This document shows, piece by piece, positions 1 to 13,087 of a stretch of 64,000 bases of DNA. The notes under the pieces are model-generated. The model had not been told where the DNA came from and made no database searches. It was given only the letters and a program-made list of their open reading frames with translations. Source of the DNA: Camelus dromedarius (taxonomy: Eukaryota). The translations under genes were made by a program, and so were the position numbers. Numbering within the stretch: position 1 is the stretch's first letter; each line of letters starts with the position of its first letter. The stretch lies in contig NC_087451.1 of NCBI RefSeq assembly GCF_036321535.1, positions 48,174,001 to 48,238,000 on the forward strand, given 5' to 3'.

Positions 1-660
1 TGAGGTGGAAGGTTCAAAGGAAGAATGAGCACAGTGTTCTGGGGGCCTTTTGAGCCATCTCAAAGCATTTGTACTTTATTTTGATGGCAAATGGGGAGCC
101 ATTTTCAGGAAGGAGAGTGACTTAGTAACATGTGGGTTTTAGGAAACTTGTGCTGGCTGCTGTGGGGAGGACAGATCCACGGGAGAGAGGCTGGAGACCA
201 GCAGAGCAGGCAGGAGAGTTGCCACATTCCTGGCAGAGGTGAAAGTGTCCTGTCTTCCTGACCTCCACAAATGATGTCCTCCACAGATGATGTTACCCAC
301 AAAGACTTACAGGCCCAGCCAGTCATGGAGTCCTCGCCCAGTGAGCATCACAGTGCTTGTGACTCTGTGTCCACTGCAGGGCCTATCTGAGCCCAGAACA
401 TGGCCTGAGGCCAGTACAGCTTTGCTGAGCTGATCACTGAGCTTCTCTCCAGCCCAAAGGAACAGATGGATCCTAACCATCCACTTGGGCAGCTGGCACT
501 GCAGTTGTTCCTTTACCCAGGGAGAAAGCCAAAGCTCAAGAGAGGTTACATGACATGCCCAGGGTTACACAGCTGGTGAGAGACAGAGCTGGGATTTGAA
601 TTCATATCAGTCCATTCCCAGGGCTCAAGATCATTTGTTGGCACTGTTTGCTTCCAGAAC
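1..660. mobile_element. L2 and MIR remnants, SARM1 intron 1
   Basis: L2-like text at 1-300; MIR core (gcccagggttacacagctggtgag...gggatttgaa) at ~500-640. Confidence 0.5.
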
Positions 661-2989
661 TATCTGACTACATAAGCTCTGAAACTATCGGAACTAGGAT
701 GTGCTTAAGACATCATCTAATCCAACACCACCTTCGTTTCCTGAGGCCCATTGAGGGGAAGGGCACGTTCAGGAACATCAGTTTAGAGAGAGGACTTTAT
801 TCTGCATTTTTGAGCCCCAGCCCTCACCTTCCCCTATGCACCTGGCACCTTTAAGAGTTAACTCTGCTTATTGTGAGACTTATTCACTTAATTCCCAATT
901 CTTCTGCAGCCTGAGAAGCTGTGGGTCTGGGTTCAAATCCCAGCTCCAAAGGAGGGGTAAATTGTGCACATACACACACATACAAGCCTGTATATATTAT
1001 ATATATATGTATCTGTATATGCATAGACTTTCTGGAAAGATATACAAGAAACTTGTTTCACTGGTTTGCCTCTAGGGATGGGAAGAAAAACTTTAAAGGT
1101 GTATGCTTTTTGTACCTTGGCACTTGAATTTATGTGCAATAGTTTTTTTGGCTTTTGTTGTGTTTTGTTTGTTTTTTTAACGTATCTCCTCCACTTACTC
1201 ACTATGTATTCTTTGGAAAGCCGTTTAACCTCATTATGGTCCCCTGATGGGGGGCCAACTGAATTTAGAGGGCTAGCAGTCCGACGAGGCCCTCACTGGG
1301 TGTCGTGGGTCCAGGCTCAGAGGGCCCTACCCTGTTGGGCTTCTCCTGGATTTCAGGGGTGAGTGAAGCTGTGATATAGGCTCCTGGGTAGTGGTTGTGG
1401 CAGCACCCTGGGAAGAAGAGAGCTGCAGGAAAGGGAATGGCAAAAGGAGTGATGGAAGAACCTTCTTTAAGAGGAGGTTGGTTGGTGGAGGAAGGAAAGA
1501 TGTCATAAACACAAATTCTCTCTGTCACCCCCCCAAACCCCATTTTCTTGCCCTTTCAGCCTCCTTCCGGTGCAGTCTAGAGGTGTGGGGAGATCTCCGA
1601 GAGGATTTTGATGGCGACCAGGCTCTCTAGGCTCTGTCCTTGGTCCTGAAGTGATGCCAGCACCAGCACGTTGCTCTTGGGGCCAGCGACACTGGTTAAC
1701 ATGACTCCTCAGTAATTCTAAGCCAGGTGAAAACTGTTATTTTTCAACCTTGAAAAATGTCAGGGCTATTTCTATCTTGCAGCTTTCCTCGTCTTAGGGT
1801 GTTGGCTGCACCCATTCTCTAGGAGTTCTAGTTATAGCTGCCCCATCCCACATATCATGTCTACAGGGCAGACTCATCAACCCAGGCCCACCACGTCCAG
1901 TGAGTGCCCACTCCATCTGCTAGCCCTCCACATTTACAGCCCATTCCCATCAGGACATCTGATGTTAGATGGGAGATTAAAGACTTGCTGAACAAGCAGA
2001 ACCCTAACTTGGTCTCCTAACTTAAATTGCTTCATTGATGCATTTTTGACAGTTGTATCATTTCCACTGTCCACAAGTTTATTTTTACTTTTTGAAAATG
2101 GCAAGGAAAACACCCCCAATTCATGCTCATCACACTTGTGAGAGCTATATAAACTGAAAGTGACCCTTTCAAAACCCTTCTAAATCTGAGGGGCCCAAGA
2201 ATTCAACATGAGACTGGAATGTGACAGCCTGGTCTGCTCTGGCCTCAGAGGGGATAGAAAGTGGGCCAGGGTCCTCTCATTCCAGGGGAGATCCCAAGAG
2301 GCAGGAAAGAGTGGCAGCCAGGCTTCAATTGGACCCCACCTACTGTATCTTGGCACTGTGTGAGGAAGATTGGGGAACACATACTCTGACACCTGCCTAG
2401 TTCCACACCTGAGTTTCCTCTTCCCCACCCACCATCCCAGCAGAAAACCTTCCATTCCCCATTAGCAACCACAGAATGAGATCATATCTGGTCTGTTACA
2501 TGAACCAAAACAAAAAAGGAAGAAGCAGGAAGTGGATTGGGGGTGGTATGAAGGCAGCAAGTAACCCTTAGTTCAGCACTCATTTCAGCCTGGGGAGAGA
2601 GGGGAGGGGTCCTCCTCCTGTTCTGAGCAGTGTTTCTCTTCCTCTTTTGGTGAGAGGGAGATGGTATGGCAGAGAGAAGCCAGCACAGAAGGACACCCAG
2701 GCCTGCGGGGAGGAGGGCTGTGGGTTTAGAGGGAATTGACATTAGGGTCCCACCTTCATTCTCAGAACCAGAGACAGTGTCCTGTCCTACTACTCCATTC
2801 CTCCCCTCCCAGTCAAATTCCTCGCCCCATTGGCCCTGGGAATGAATTTTGGCTGCACCATTATTTCACTGTGTGACGCTGGGCAAGTCACTAAACTTTC
2901 CCAAGCCTCAGTTTCCTCTGGTAAAATGGACACACTGGTCCCCAACAGGGATGTGGTGCAGGGATTTCTGAGGTGAAGCAGGAAAGGCC

Positions 2990-4100
<1,111 letters not shown>

Positions 4101-5042
4101 CATTTTACCCTGGTGACACTGGAATGTGAGGGCAACACGGTTGGGTGCCCCTGCCTTACTAGTGGTTAATGCAGTAGTAATAACAATTTTTAAGGCCCTT
4201 TATGCCTGTTTCTCAGGCCTTAAAACATTCCTAAGAGGTAGGAATTAGTGCTCCCATTTCACAGCCGAACGGACTGAAGCCTATAGAGAAAAGATTGCCC
4301 GAAATCACACTGTCTTCTGATTATAGAACAGAAAAAGGCAGCGGAGTCTCTGAGGATCACTTCCTCCAGGTGATGGGAGGACTTCCAGAGGTCTCTGGAC
4401 TCCTGAAAGTGAGCACAAAATCAAGCATTCTGTGCCAGTGAGCGTTTTCTGGGTAGAGGGAGCCTACTTCTCACTAGAGTCCGAAAGTGGGGAACTGGCC
4501 TACGGGGAGGATGAGGGTGGCGATAGGGAGTGGCCTGCTGAGGGGCAGTAAATTAGCGGAAGACTCAGGAATTACATCCAGTCTAAGGGGTGAATGTTCA
4601 CCCAACTTACCATGCTATGAATACCTGCTTGGGGAAATCAATGCACCCAAAAGATAAAACAAATTTCCCCAGTGTGCTTACCAGCATAGTTCCTACCCCA
4701 CTTTCACTGCCCTAAATACACAATGGGGAGGGGGAGCCACCCAGCCAGGGATGTGTCTGATCAAACAGATCATGGGTCAATAACCATTTATGGAGAATGA
4801 AGTTGGGGGTGCTCCAAGCACTGGGCATTTTGTCTGCTTTAGCTCCCACCCTGTGCGACAAGCATAATTAGTTCAGAACTAAGGCAGGTAAAGAAGTTTG
4901 CCCAAGGTCACATAGCCTGTGAGCAGCAGAGTGGGCTTCCATTCTGCCCTCCAGACCCACTGTGTTAGCCCTCTTCTGAGATGACCCTGAGCTTGGCAAG
5001 GATCCTATACACAGCTCTCCTGGGCCTGGAGTTCCAGGAACC

Positions 5043-5102
5043 TGACCCTTTGCTGCCTCTGGGGTTGGGGCACTAGGGGCTGGGCTGGAGGTTGAGCAAA
5101 CA
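5043..5102 (+). promoter_or_regulatory. Putative hepatocyte factor sites in the VTN promoter
   Basis: TGACCCTTTG (5043-5052, HNF4/COUP-like) and GAGCAAACA (5094-5102, FOXA-like) just upstream of the VTN 5'UTR. Motif match only. Confidence 0.4.
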
Positions 5103-5234
5103 GAGCAGTAGAAAAGGCAGCTCCTCTTCTCCAGTTTTCTCCCTCCCTGTTTCACCTCTCCCTCCCTTCCTCAGGCATCAGAGCAGAGACTGCAGTTTCT
5201 CTACTTTACCAGGCTCAAGGCTGGAGGCCCTGCC

Positions 5235-7920
5235 ATGGCACCTCCAAGGCCCCTTCTGATGCTGGCCCTGCTGGCATGGGTTGTTCTGGCTGACCAAGGT
5301 GTGGGAGGGTGTCAGTGGCCATTTGGGTCAATGTAGGGTGGGCAAGGGTGGCCTGGGCTTGGCCATGCTAACTGATACCCCTTCCCCACAGAGTCGTGCA
5401 AGGACCGCTGCACTGAGGGCTTCAACGCCGACAGGAAGTGTCAGTGTGACGAGCTCTGCTCTTACTACCAGAGCTGCTGTGCCGACTACGTGGCCGAGTG
5501 CAAGCCCCAAGGTGCGTTCAGAGTGGCTGGGTGGGCTTGGGGTCCCCTCTGCAGTTGGAGACTCACCACCGCCCATCCTGCCTGCAGTGACTCGAGGGGA
5601 TGTATTCACTCAGCCAGAAGATGACTACAGGTTGTACGACTACCACGAGGAGACCAGACCCAGTATGAGTGCCCAACCACAGACAGAGAGGCCCAGACTG
5701 CAGGGCCACACTAAAGAGACTCCTGAACTGGCACCTACTCAGAACCCTCAGGAAGAAGTCGTTCCAATATCTGGGCAGGGGAACTCAGAACCTGAGGTGG
5801 AGCTCCTCAGGCCTGAGATCCCAGCAGAGGAGGAGAAGTGCAGCGGGAAGCCCTTTGATGCCTTCACTGACCTCAAGAATGGTTCCCTCTTTGCCTTCCG
5901 AGGTGACTCAAGGAGGGGTCTCAGGGGAAGGGGTCTGCCCCAGGAGCATCCTCTCACATAGCCTCCCTCCCTCTAGGGCTGTACTGCTATGAGCTGGATG
6001 AAAAGGCAGTGAGGCCTGGGTACCCCAAGCTCATCCAAGACGTCTGGGGCATTGAGGGTCCCATTGATGCCGCCTTTACCCGCATCAACTGTCAGGGGAA
6101 GACCTACCTCTTCAAGGTGCCAGGTCCAGGGCCTGTGGGTTAGGGTCAAGGGTATCAAGGTAGGGGTTGAGGGCTGCTGTGTCCAGGACCAGGGTGGGCA
6201 AGAGGGCTAGATCCCAGCCTGTGGTCCCTGGCTGGGTCTCTATAAGGACATGAAAGCCCCAGGTTCCAGGTCTTGGGGCTACAAACCTGGAACTAGGGCT
6301 GCTGCCTTAGGTAGGGGACTCTGCCTCTGTGCCCAGCCAGCTGCCTCCTCACTCTCTTCTTCCTGACCCCTTAGGGTAGTCAGTACTGGCGCTTTGAGGA
6401 TGGTGTCCTGGACCCTGATTACCCCCGAAACATCTCTGAAGGCTTCAGGGGCATTCCGGATAATCTGGATGCAGCCTTTGCACTTCCTGCTCATAGCTAC
6501 AGTGGCCGGGAGCGGGTCTACTTCTTCAAAGGTACTCAGGGGGTGGGTGGGAGGATGAACAGGCAGTGGAGCAGTCTTGGTTTTCTTCCACACTCCACTG
6601 GGGACTGGCCTCACATTATTGCCAACCCCCTGCCGGGATCTTGTAACTTCTACAGCCTCTGGGCTTTCCAGTCTTGCTCATGGCCACCCCTCCCCAGGCA
6701 AACAGTACTGGGAGTACCAGTTCCAGCAGCAGCCCAGTCAAGAGGAGTGTGAAGGCAGCTCCCAGTCGGCCGTGTTTGAACACTTTGCCCTGATGCAGCG
6801 GGACAGCTGGGAGGACATCTTCAAAATTCTCTTCTGGGGCAGTTCCTCTGGTATGGAGGAAGAGCAAGTCTTTCTTCCCCCTCAACAGGGCTGGGATCCG
6901 CGGGTAGAGGTAGGGATGGGCTGGCCAGAGGGGCTGTGACTGTGGAGCTATTGATCAAAAGTTGTTTGCTCAGGTCAGACTTTGCTTCTGTTGACCTTTG
7001 TCGGGGAGGTTTGCCTTCTGCTGGACCCCACACCTTGGACTTTGCCTAGCACAGCCAAGAGCACAGCCAGCAGAAGGAGGGGCTGTGGCAACCGGGGAGG
7101 GATATGGTGGAGGGAGCCCAGGTGAAAGGGCATTGAACAGGGATTTCGAAGGCCAGGATGCTAGGCTCTGCCTCTGGCTAGCCGTGTGTCCTTGGGCCCA
7201 TCCTTGGCTACCAAGGCTCCCCATTGACCCCTTCCCTGACACAGGTGGTGTTGGACAGCCCCGGTTCATCAGCAGGGACTGGCTTGGTTTGCCTGGACAA
7301 GTGGATGCGGCCATGGCTGGCCATATCTACATCTCAAGCTCAACTCCCCGCTCCTCTCAGATCAAAATGACCAAGTCTAAGCGTCGCAACCGCAAGCGCT
7401 ACCGCTCACACCGTGGCCGTGGCCATAGCCGTAGACGCAGCCAGAACCCCCACCGGAAATCTCGTTCAGTCTGGCTGCCCTTGTTCTCCAGTGAGGAGAG
7501 TGGTCCTGGAGCCTACAACTATGACTATGAGATGGACTGGCTAGTGCCTGCCACCTGTGAGCCCATCCAGAGTGTCTACTTCTTCTCAGGAGGTGGGAAC
7601 CCTGCCAGCCCTATATCTGGTCTGCTGTCCCTGCTCCCCATGGGCTGAACACAGCTCTTGGGTGATGATTCCAGAAAGCCAGATGGGAGTCCTTAAGTGC
7701 ATTGTGGATGTTAACTTATCCTTCTAGGAGAGATCCAGGTCTTCTTTGGGCAGGAGTGGGCAGGCCAATGCTGGGTCTCACACACCCTCTCCCAACTTCT
7801 CTTCCAGACAAGTACTACCGAGTGAACCTTCGCACGCGGCGAGTGGACGCTGTGATCCCTCCCTACCCACGCTCCATCGCTCAGTATTGGCTGGGCTGCC
7901 CAGTCCCTATCCACGAGTAG
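5235..7920 (+). CDS. VTN: Vitronectin, 8 coding exons, 469 aa
   Basis: Exons 5235-5298, 5392-5511, 5588-5902, 5977-6116, 6375-6531, 6698-6850, 7245-7592, 7808-7920; all GT-AG; 1410 nt in frame. Signal peptide MAPPRPLLMLALLAWVVLADQ, somatomedin-B domain (ESCKDRCTEGFNADRKCQCDELCSYYQSCC), RGD, hemopexin repeats and a basic heparin-binding segment. Confidence 0.98.
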
Positions 7921-7982
7921 GAGTCTGAGTCCACACAGCTGGGCCTCTGCTGCCCCCTCCGCCAACTTCCTCTTCCCAGCCC

Positions 7983-7988
7983 AATAAA
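7983..7988 (+). terminator. VTN polyadenylation signal AATAAA
   Basis: AATAAA 62 nt after the stop codon. Confidence 0.85.
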
Positions 7989-9336
7989 GATTCCTTGGTC
8001 TTGAGTTTAAGACTACTGTCCTGGCTGGGCTGGACAGGCAGGAGGGAGGGATCTGCCTGGGTAGAGGAGGGGAAGCTGGGCTGTCAGGGTGGCTTGGGGG
8101 AGGGGACAGAGCAGAGCCTCCTTGTGTCCAGCTCATGTTGGGGATAGGCCCACTCTGTGAGCGAGAAAAGGTGTGGGTTGGGAGGGCCTCATGAGTGCAA
8201 GACTTCCCCCTGCACTGAGCAGCCCCCCACAACCTACCAGCCCCTAAGCAGGAGCTCGAACCCCTCTGAGGATGACAGGAGTTACCAAGCTACACTTCTG
8301 AGCCCTGGGTTTGTTTTACCTGTCACTAACTAGGGTCTTGGAGGAGAGAGAAGGGGCAGGAAGTGATGAGTTCTGGTTCAGCTTTTCTGCCTATACTGGA
8401 CATGAAATGCTGTTAGCTTAGACATTTGAGTTCCAGGGGAACTGGTCATTGTGCTCCTCCAAACCCACCTCAACGATGAAGGACCTTTGAGGTCTCTGTC
8501 TTGGATCTGTGATGCGGAGCACTGAGTCAGGAGAGATAGGGAAGAGCAGGAACTAAAAGGAAATACAAATGCACCCATTTCTCTTAGAAAAGTGGCCCAG
8601 AAGACCTCCAAGGATGAGTACACTGTAAAAGCAAATATCTTTCTTAAAACCCCTCAATGTAACTGTGGAACCTTCTCTGGGTCCAGATTCCTGGGCTCTA
8701 GAAAGCCCATTTGGGCTCTCAAGGGGCCAGAAAGAACGGGCTAGATGCAGACAAAGCTCTAAAGTGGACCTGAGGGTGATCTGGTGGTGACATCTGCTCC
8801 CAGCCCTGCTGAGGGGAGGGTGGCTCCAGCTCACTGCTGCCCCCCTGTCTTCCTCCTCATTCTGTTCAGATCTCCTAGCCCTGTCCTTAACTGTGGTATA
8901 GGACTCCACCCACTCTCTCTGGATGGCAGCCAGTACCAGGGCACTGAGGGCTGTGGGATAGGCAGCTGAAACACTGGCAGCATTGGAGAAAGGGAACGCC
9001 TTGGCTTCCTGGAAGAACCCTGGGAGGATTTTCACAAAGTACAGGATTTCAGACACAGACTACCAGAGTTTGAGGTTTGAAGAGGGGGCTGGGCTTCTTT
9101 TATGAAGCCCAGAGGAATAGGGTTGCCCAACCCACATCCCCACAAGCCCCAACACTGCCCCTGGCCTCCCCTATTTTCTCTGGGAGTTCTCCGCCCTCAT
9201 CCTCGGAGCTGGACACTAAACCTACCCCCTCCTGGAGGCGGAGCCAGCCCTCGGAGCAGGATAAAACCCCAAACCGAGGGGACTGGTGTGGGCACAGCCT
9301 TGGCATGGCCATCTGGCTCCTCACTCTGCCAGCTCC

Positions 9337-10251
9337 ATGGCCAGCTCAGTGGATGCATCTTCTGCAGGTGATCTGGTGGGGAAAGGGTGGGCAGGGGGAG
9401 GATGTGGGGAGGGTGTGATGGGGAAGTTTGAGAGGGGTGGGGAGTAGGAGCTTCCATGTTTGTTGGGGGTTTGAGGCTGGGGTAGAGGTTCTTGCAGGGA
9501 CACCTGGCTTGACCCCCACCCTGGCCTACAGGCCTTGCCAGTGGGTTGGGTCCCCATCGGAGAAAGAGGACTACCTTCAGCAGAGGGCAGCTGCTGGAGA
9601 TGGAGCGGGTGTTTGCAGCACGGCCCTACCCCGACATTGGCACCCGTGAGCACCTGGCCCAGGTCACCTGCCTTCCTGAGGCCAAAATTCAGGTAAGCTG
9701 TGACCCCTACCCCTGCCCTCATTGGGAATGCTCTCGCGCAGACAATTTCTAAGCTTGACCCACAGTCCCTTCTCTCTGGGTATCCTGCCCCCAGGTTCTG
9801 CTTTCACTGTATCCAGGGGAGGGTGGGAAAGGATGCTGTAGCCAGAAGAGACTCCTTCTTTCCTTATCAGGTGTGGTTCCAGAACCGCAGAGCCAAGAGA
9901 ATCAAGAATAGAAAGCCAGGAGGCCTAAGCCCTAGGCCTGAGCCACCCCAGAGATCCTGTTCTCTTCCAGACACCATCAAGCAGTCTGGGGAGCCCCGAA
10001 CCCTGGGCCAGTCTCCACCCTCCAACAGCACAGCTCAGTATGCCTCTGTGTGTCGACACACCTCCTGCCCAGCTCCTGGCTTGGGTCCAGGGCATGGATG
10101 GGTGGGGGCTAAAGCTACTGCCCCATGGGGACCAGCTGGGGCTGCAGGGGTCCACCTAACTTCAGAGCGAGCTACCCCCCAGAACTCACTGGGCAGCCTG
10201 TCTGACCTCATCTATGCCTCGGCCATTGTCACCAACCTGGACCACTCCTAA
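9337..10251 (+). CDS. SEBOX: SEBOX paired-like homeobox protein, 3 coding exons, 190 aa
   Basis: Exons 9337-9367, 9532-9692, 9871-10251; GT-AG; 573 nt in frame. Homeodomain [46 protein letters not shown]|[12 protein letters not shown]; C-terminus [21 protein letters not shown]; syntenic position 3' of VTN. Confidence 0.93.
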
Positions 10252-10324
10252 TCTAGGTCTAGAACTTGGAAGACCCCTCCTGTGACTCCTGTAACCCACT
10301 CTACCCCTTAGGACTGAACACATC

Positions 10325-10365
10325 AGAAGTGGACCCAAAAAAAAAAAAAAAAAAGAAGTGGACCC
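10325..10365 (+). mobile_element. Poly(A)-only retro-insertion with a 12-bp target-site duplication
   Basis: AGAAGTGGACCC (10325-10336), then an A-run (10337-10354), then AGAAGTGGACCC (10354-10365, sharing the last A). Confidence 0.7.
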
Positions 10366-10796
10366 TCTTTTTAACAAGGGAGTTCTCTTACAGGAAGAAG
10401 GGTTAGCTCAGGGATCCCTCCCTTCCCCTGTCCTCCAGGCCAGCCTAGATGCGGGTCCTATGGAGTGACAGGGGCCTGGCTCTGCTACCTAGCACCCTGC
10501 CCCTTCTGGGGCTTATGCCTATCATCTCGGCAGGAGGTACCTACAAAGAGATGAGGTCAGGGCTCATGTTTCCCACTTCTCCTTCCAGGCCTGGTTCCCA
10601 ATTCTTCTCTCCCCAGCTGACCACACCTCCTCCCACTAAAGGAGAATGGCCAGCTGCCCCTCACCCAAGGGCCCTCCAAGCCATAAACTGACTGTTAAGT
10701 GAACTAGGAGAGTGCTGATCCTAATTCTAGACTGCAGGGACCAATCCTTTCATAGTTCAGGGCCCCCTCTCCTGCCCTACTACTGCCTGGACAAAT

Positions 10797-11188
10797 TAAT
10801 CAGAACCACGGATCTGAAGAGGGAGTGATATTAAAGTAATAAAGTAGAAATAGGAGTCTGGGCTTCTGTTAATCAGATTGGCTGCCCTCTGACCTGCGGC
10901 TGCAGACAACCTGAGATTCAGGATGGGGTGGGGGTTGGGGGTGGTCTGCACGGCAGCATTGGGTTTTGGTATCACTGTCATCTGTAATGCCAACTAATCT
11001 CCAAATAAAACCCAAACTCTACCTTAATCTGGATTGTTGTGTGCTGCAAATGAATTGAGATGGGGGCTGTTTGCTTTTGAAATTTATCTCTATCACCTAA
11101 TCCCTAAATAGGGCCAGGTTCCACATAGACTCTGGGTGGGAGGTATTATTCAGGCTTCTGTTGGGATTAGTTAGAGGGATAGTTAATT
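10797..11188. promoter_or_regulatory. Cluster of homeodomain TAATC/TAATCC motifs downstream of SEBOX (candidate enhancer)
   Basis: TAATC at 10797, 10870, 10995 and 11025; TAATCC at 11098; GGATTA at 11164; TTAATT at 11183. Confidence 0.45.
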
Positions 11189-12162
11189 GAAGGGCTTAGG
11201 CCTCTGGCTGACAAACCCTGGAGAGACGGGAGCCTCAGCTGTACCCACTTCTGCTCCCACTGGTTCCCAGACACTCCAGCTGCCTCCACTTCTGGAGCTG
11301 CTCTGCTTCAGAGAGAAAAGCTGGGAGTTTACAACTGGTCTGCGCTGGATACAAATCCTGGTTGCCGTGTCTGCCGTGTAATCTTGGAACTCACCAACAG
11401 TCTATGAGCCTAAAAAATGGGGATGATAACACTCATCTCTCTGTTTGGGGAACAAGAAGCAATAATACAGATGAAGGGCTTCACGTGGTGCACGACATGT
11501 AGTAAAAGCGCTCAATACACGGTAGTTCCCACCCCCTCCCCATACGACAGGTCTTGAGGAACTGGGAAGGCCTCAAACTTCTTGTTCTGCAGGCTGGCTG
11601 CCAAGGACTCCCCTTTCTCCCTGGGACGCCCTGGACACAGGCTGCACCAGAGAAAGCATGGTATGGTGAGACAAACGTCTGAGAGCAGAGAGTTCCCTTC
11701 TCTGGGACGAAAACTGGATGACAGGCCCTCCCCCATCTCCATTCCTATTCTAATTCGTGCCCTTACAGATGGGAGCCACCTGCACAGTGGCCATTTCCTT
11801 GCAGGCCCCAGGGCTTTGACTCCTCTAGCCCCAGAAGCCAGGGCAGTGCTTGGCCCATTAAGGAACTCTCAACAAGTACTCAAGGCCACGGAAGCCTATT
11901 GGCTTGTGAGTAGGGGGCTGGGACCAGGTAAAGACCCCATTCCAAAAAAGAGGGGTGTGTGGAGAATGACTCCAATTGCATCCTGAGAAGACGCCCTGGA
12001 TCAGAAGCTTTTTAAGGAAGTCTGCTCTTTATCTAAAATGTGGAAGTCTTCCAACCTGAATCCAGGTACGTGGAAGCTGTGAAAGCTCAAGGGTAGGTTG
12101 TCTCCCTGACCCATGGAGTTTAGCACAGGTAAGTACAGCTGTGAATCTCCACAAAGCTTCAG

Positions 12163-13087
12163 TGTACCTTTTTAACTCAATCTTAAACCATCTGGGTTAC
12201 TAGAAACACTGTAAAAGTCCACCTGCATTTTTTCTCACAATCAACAATAGAAATCCTATGATTTTTTTTTTTGGTTTTTAAAAAATTGAAGTACAGTTAC
12301 AATGTGTCAATTTCTGGTGTACAGCACAATGTCCCAGTCATGCATATACATACATATATTCATTTTCATATTATTTTTCATTAAAGGTTATTACAAGATA
12401 TTGAATATAGTTCTCTGTGCTATACAGAAGAAATTTGTTTTTTTAAATCTATTTTTATATATAATGGCTAACATTTGCAAATTTCAAACTCCCAAATTTA
12501 TCCCTTCCTATTTCCTTTTCCCTGGTAACCATCTATGTCTGGAAGTCTATTTGTTTTGTAGATGAGTTCATTAGTGTCCTCTTTTTTCTTTTTTCAGATT
12601 CCACATATGAGTAATAATATATGGTATTTTTCTTTCTCTTTCTGGCTTACTTCACTTAGAATGATCTCTAGGTCCATCAATGCTGCTGCAAATGGCATTA
12701 TTTTATTCTTTTTTGTCTGAGTAGTATTCTATTGTATAAATATACCACAACTTCTTTATCCAGTCATCTGTTGATGGGCATTTGTGTTGCTTCCATGTCT
12801 TGACTATTGTATATAGTGCTACTATGAACATTGGGGTGCATGTATCTTTTTGAATCAGAGTTCCCTCGGGATATATGCCCAGGAGTGGGATTGCTGGATC
12901 ATATGGTAAGTCTATTTTTAGTTTTTTGAGGAATCTCCATATTGTTTTCCATAACAGCTGCACCAAGGTGTAGCTTTTTAACTCAATCTTAAAACTGTCT
13001 GAGTTGCTAGAAACACTCTAGAAGTCCACCTGCATTTTTTCTCATGGCTGACATTTCTTCCAACCAACAATAGAAACCCTACGATTT
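12163..13087 (+). repeat. ~100-bp diverged direct repeat (12163-12263 and 12969-13087) flanking the L1
   Basis: Copy 1 tgtacctttttaactcaatcttaaaccatctgggttactagaaacactgtaaaagtccacctgcattttttctca...caacaatagaaatcctatgattt; copy 2 tgtagctttttaactcaatcttaaaactgtctgagttgctagaaacactctagaagtccacctgcattttttctca...caacaatagaaaccctacgattt. Confidence 0.85.
12264..12967 (-). mobile_element. 5'-truncated LINE-1 (ORF2 C-terminus, 3'UTR and A-tail)
   Basis: ORF 12703-12966 ([24 protein letters not shown]...CTPMFIVALYTIVKTWKQHKCPSTDDWIKKLWYIYTIEYY) is the L1 ORF2 C-terminus. T-rich tail at the left end; same 3'UTR type as the copy at ~62830. Confidence 0.93.

Noticed and set aside
5299-5391. VTN intron 1 length is a multiple of 3 (93 nt)
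   Set aside because: Contains an in-frame TAG, so retention cannot extend the protein.
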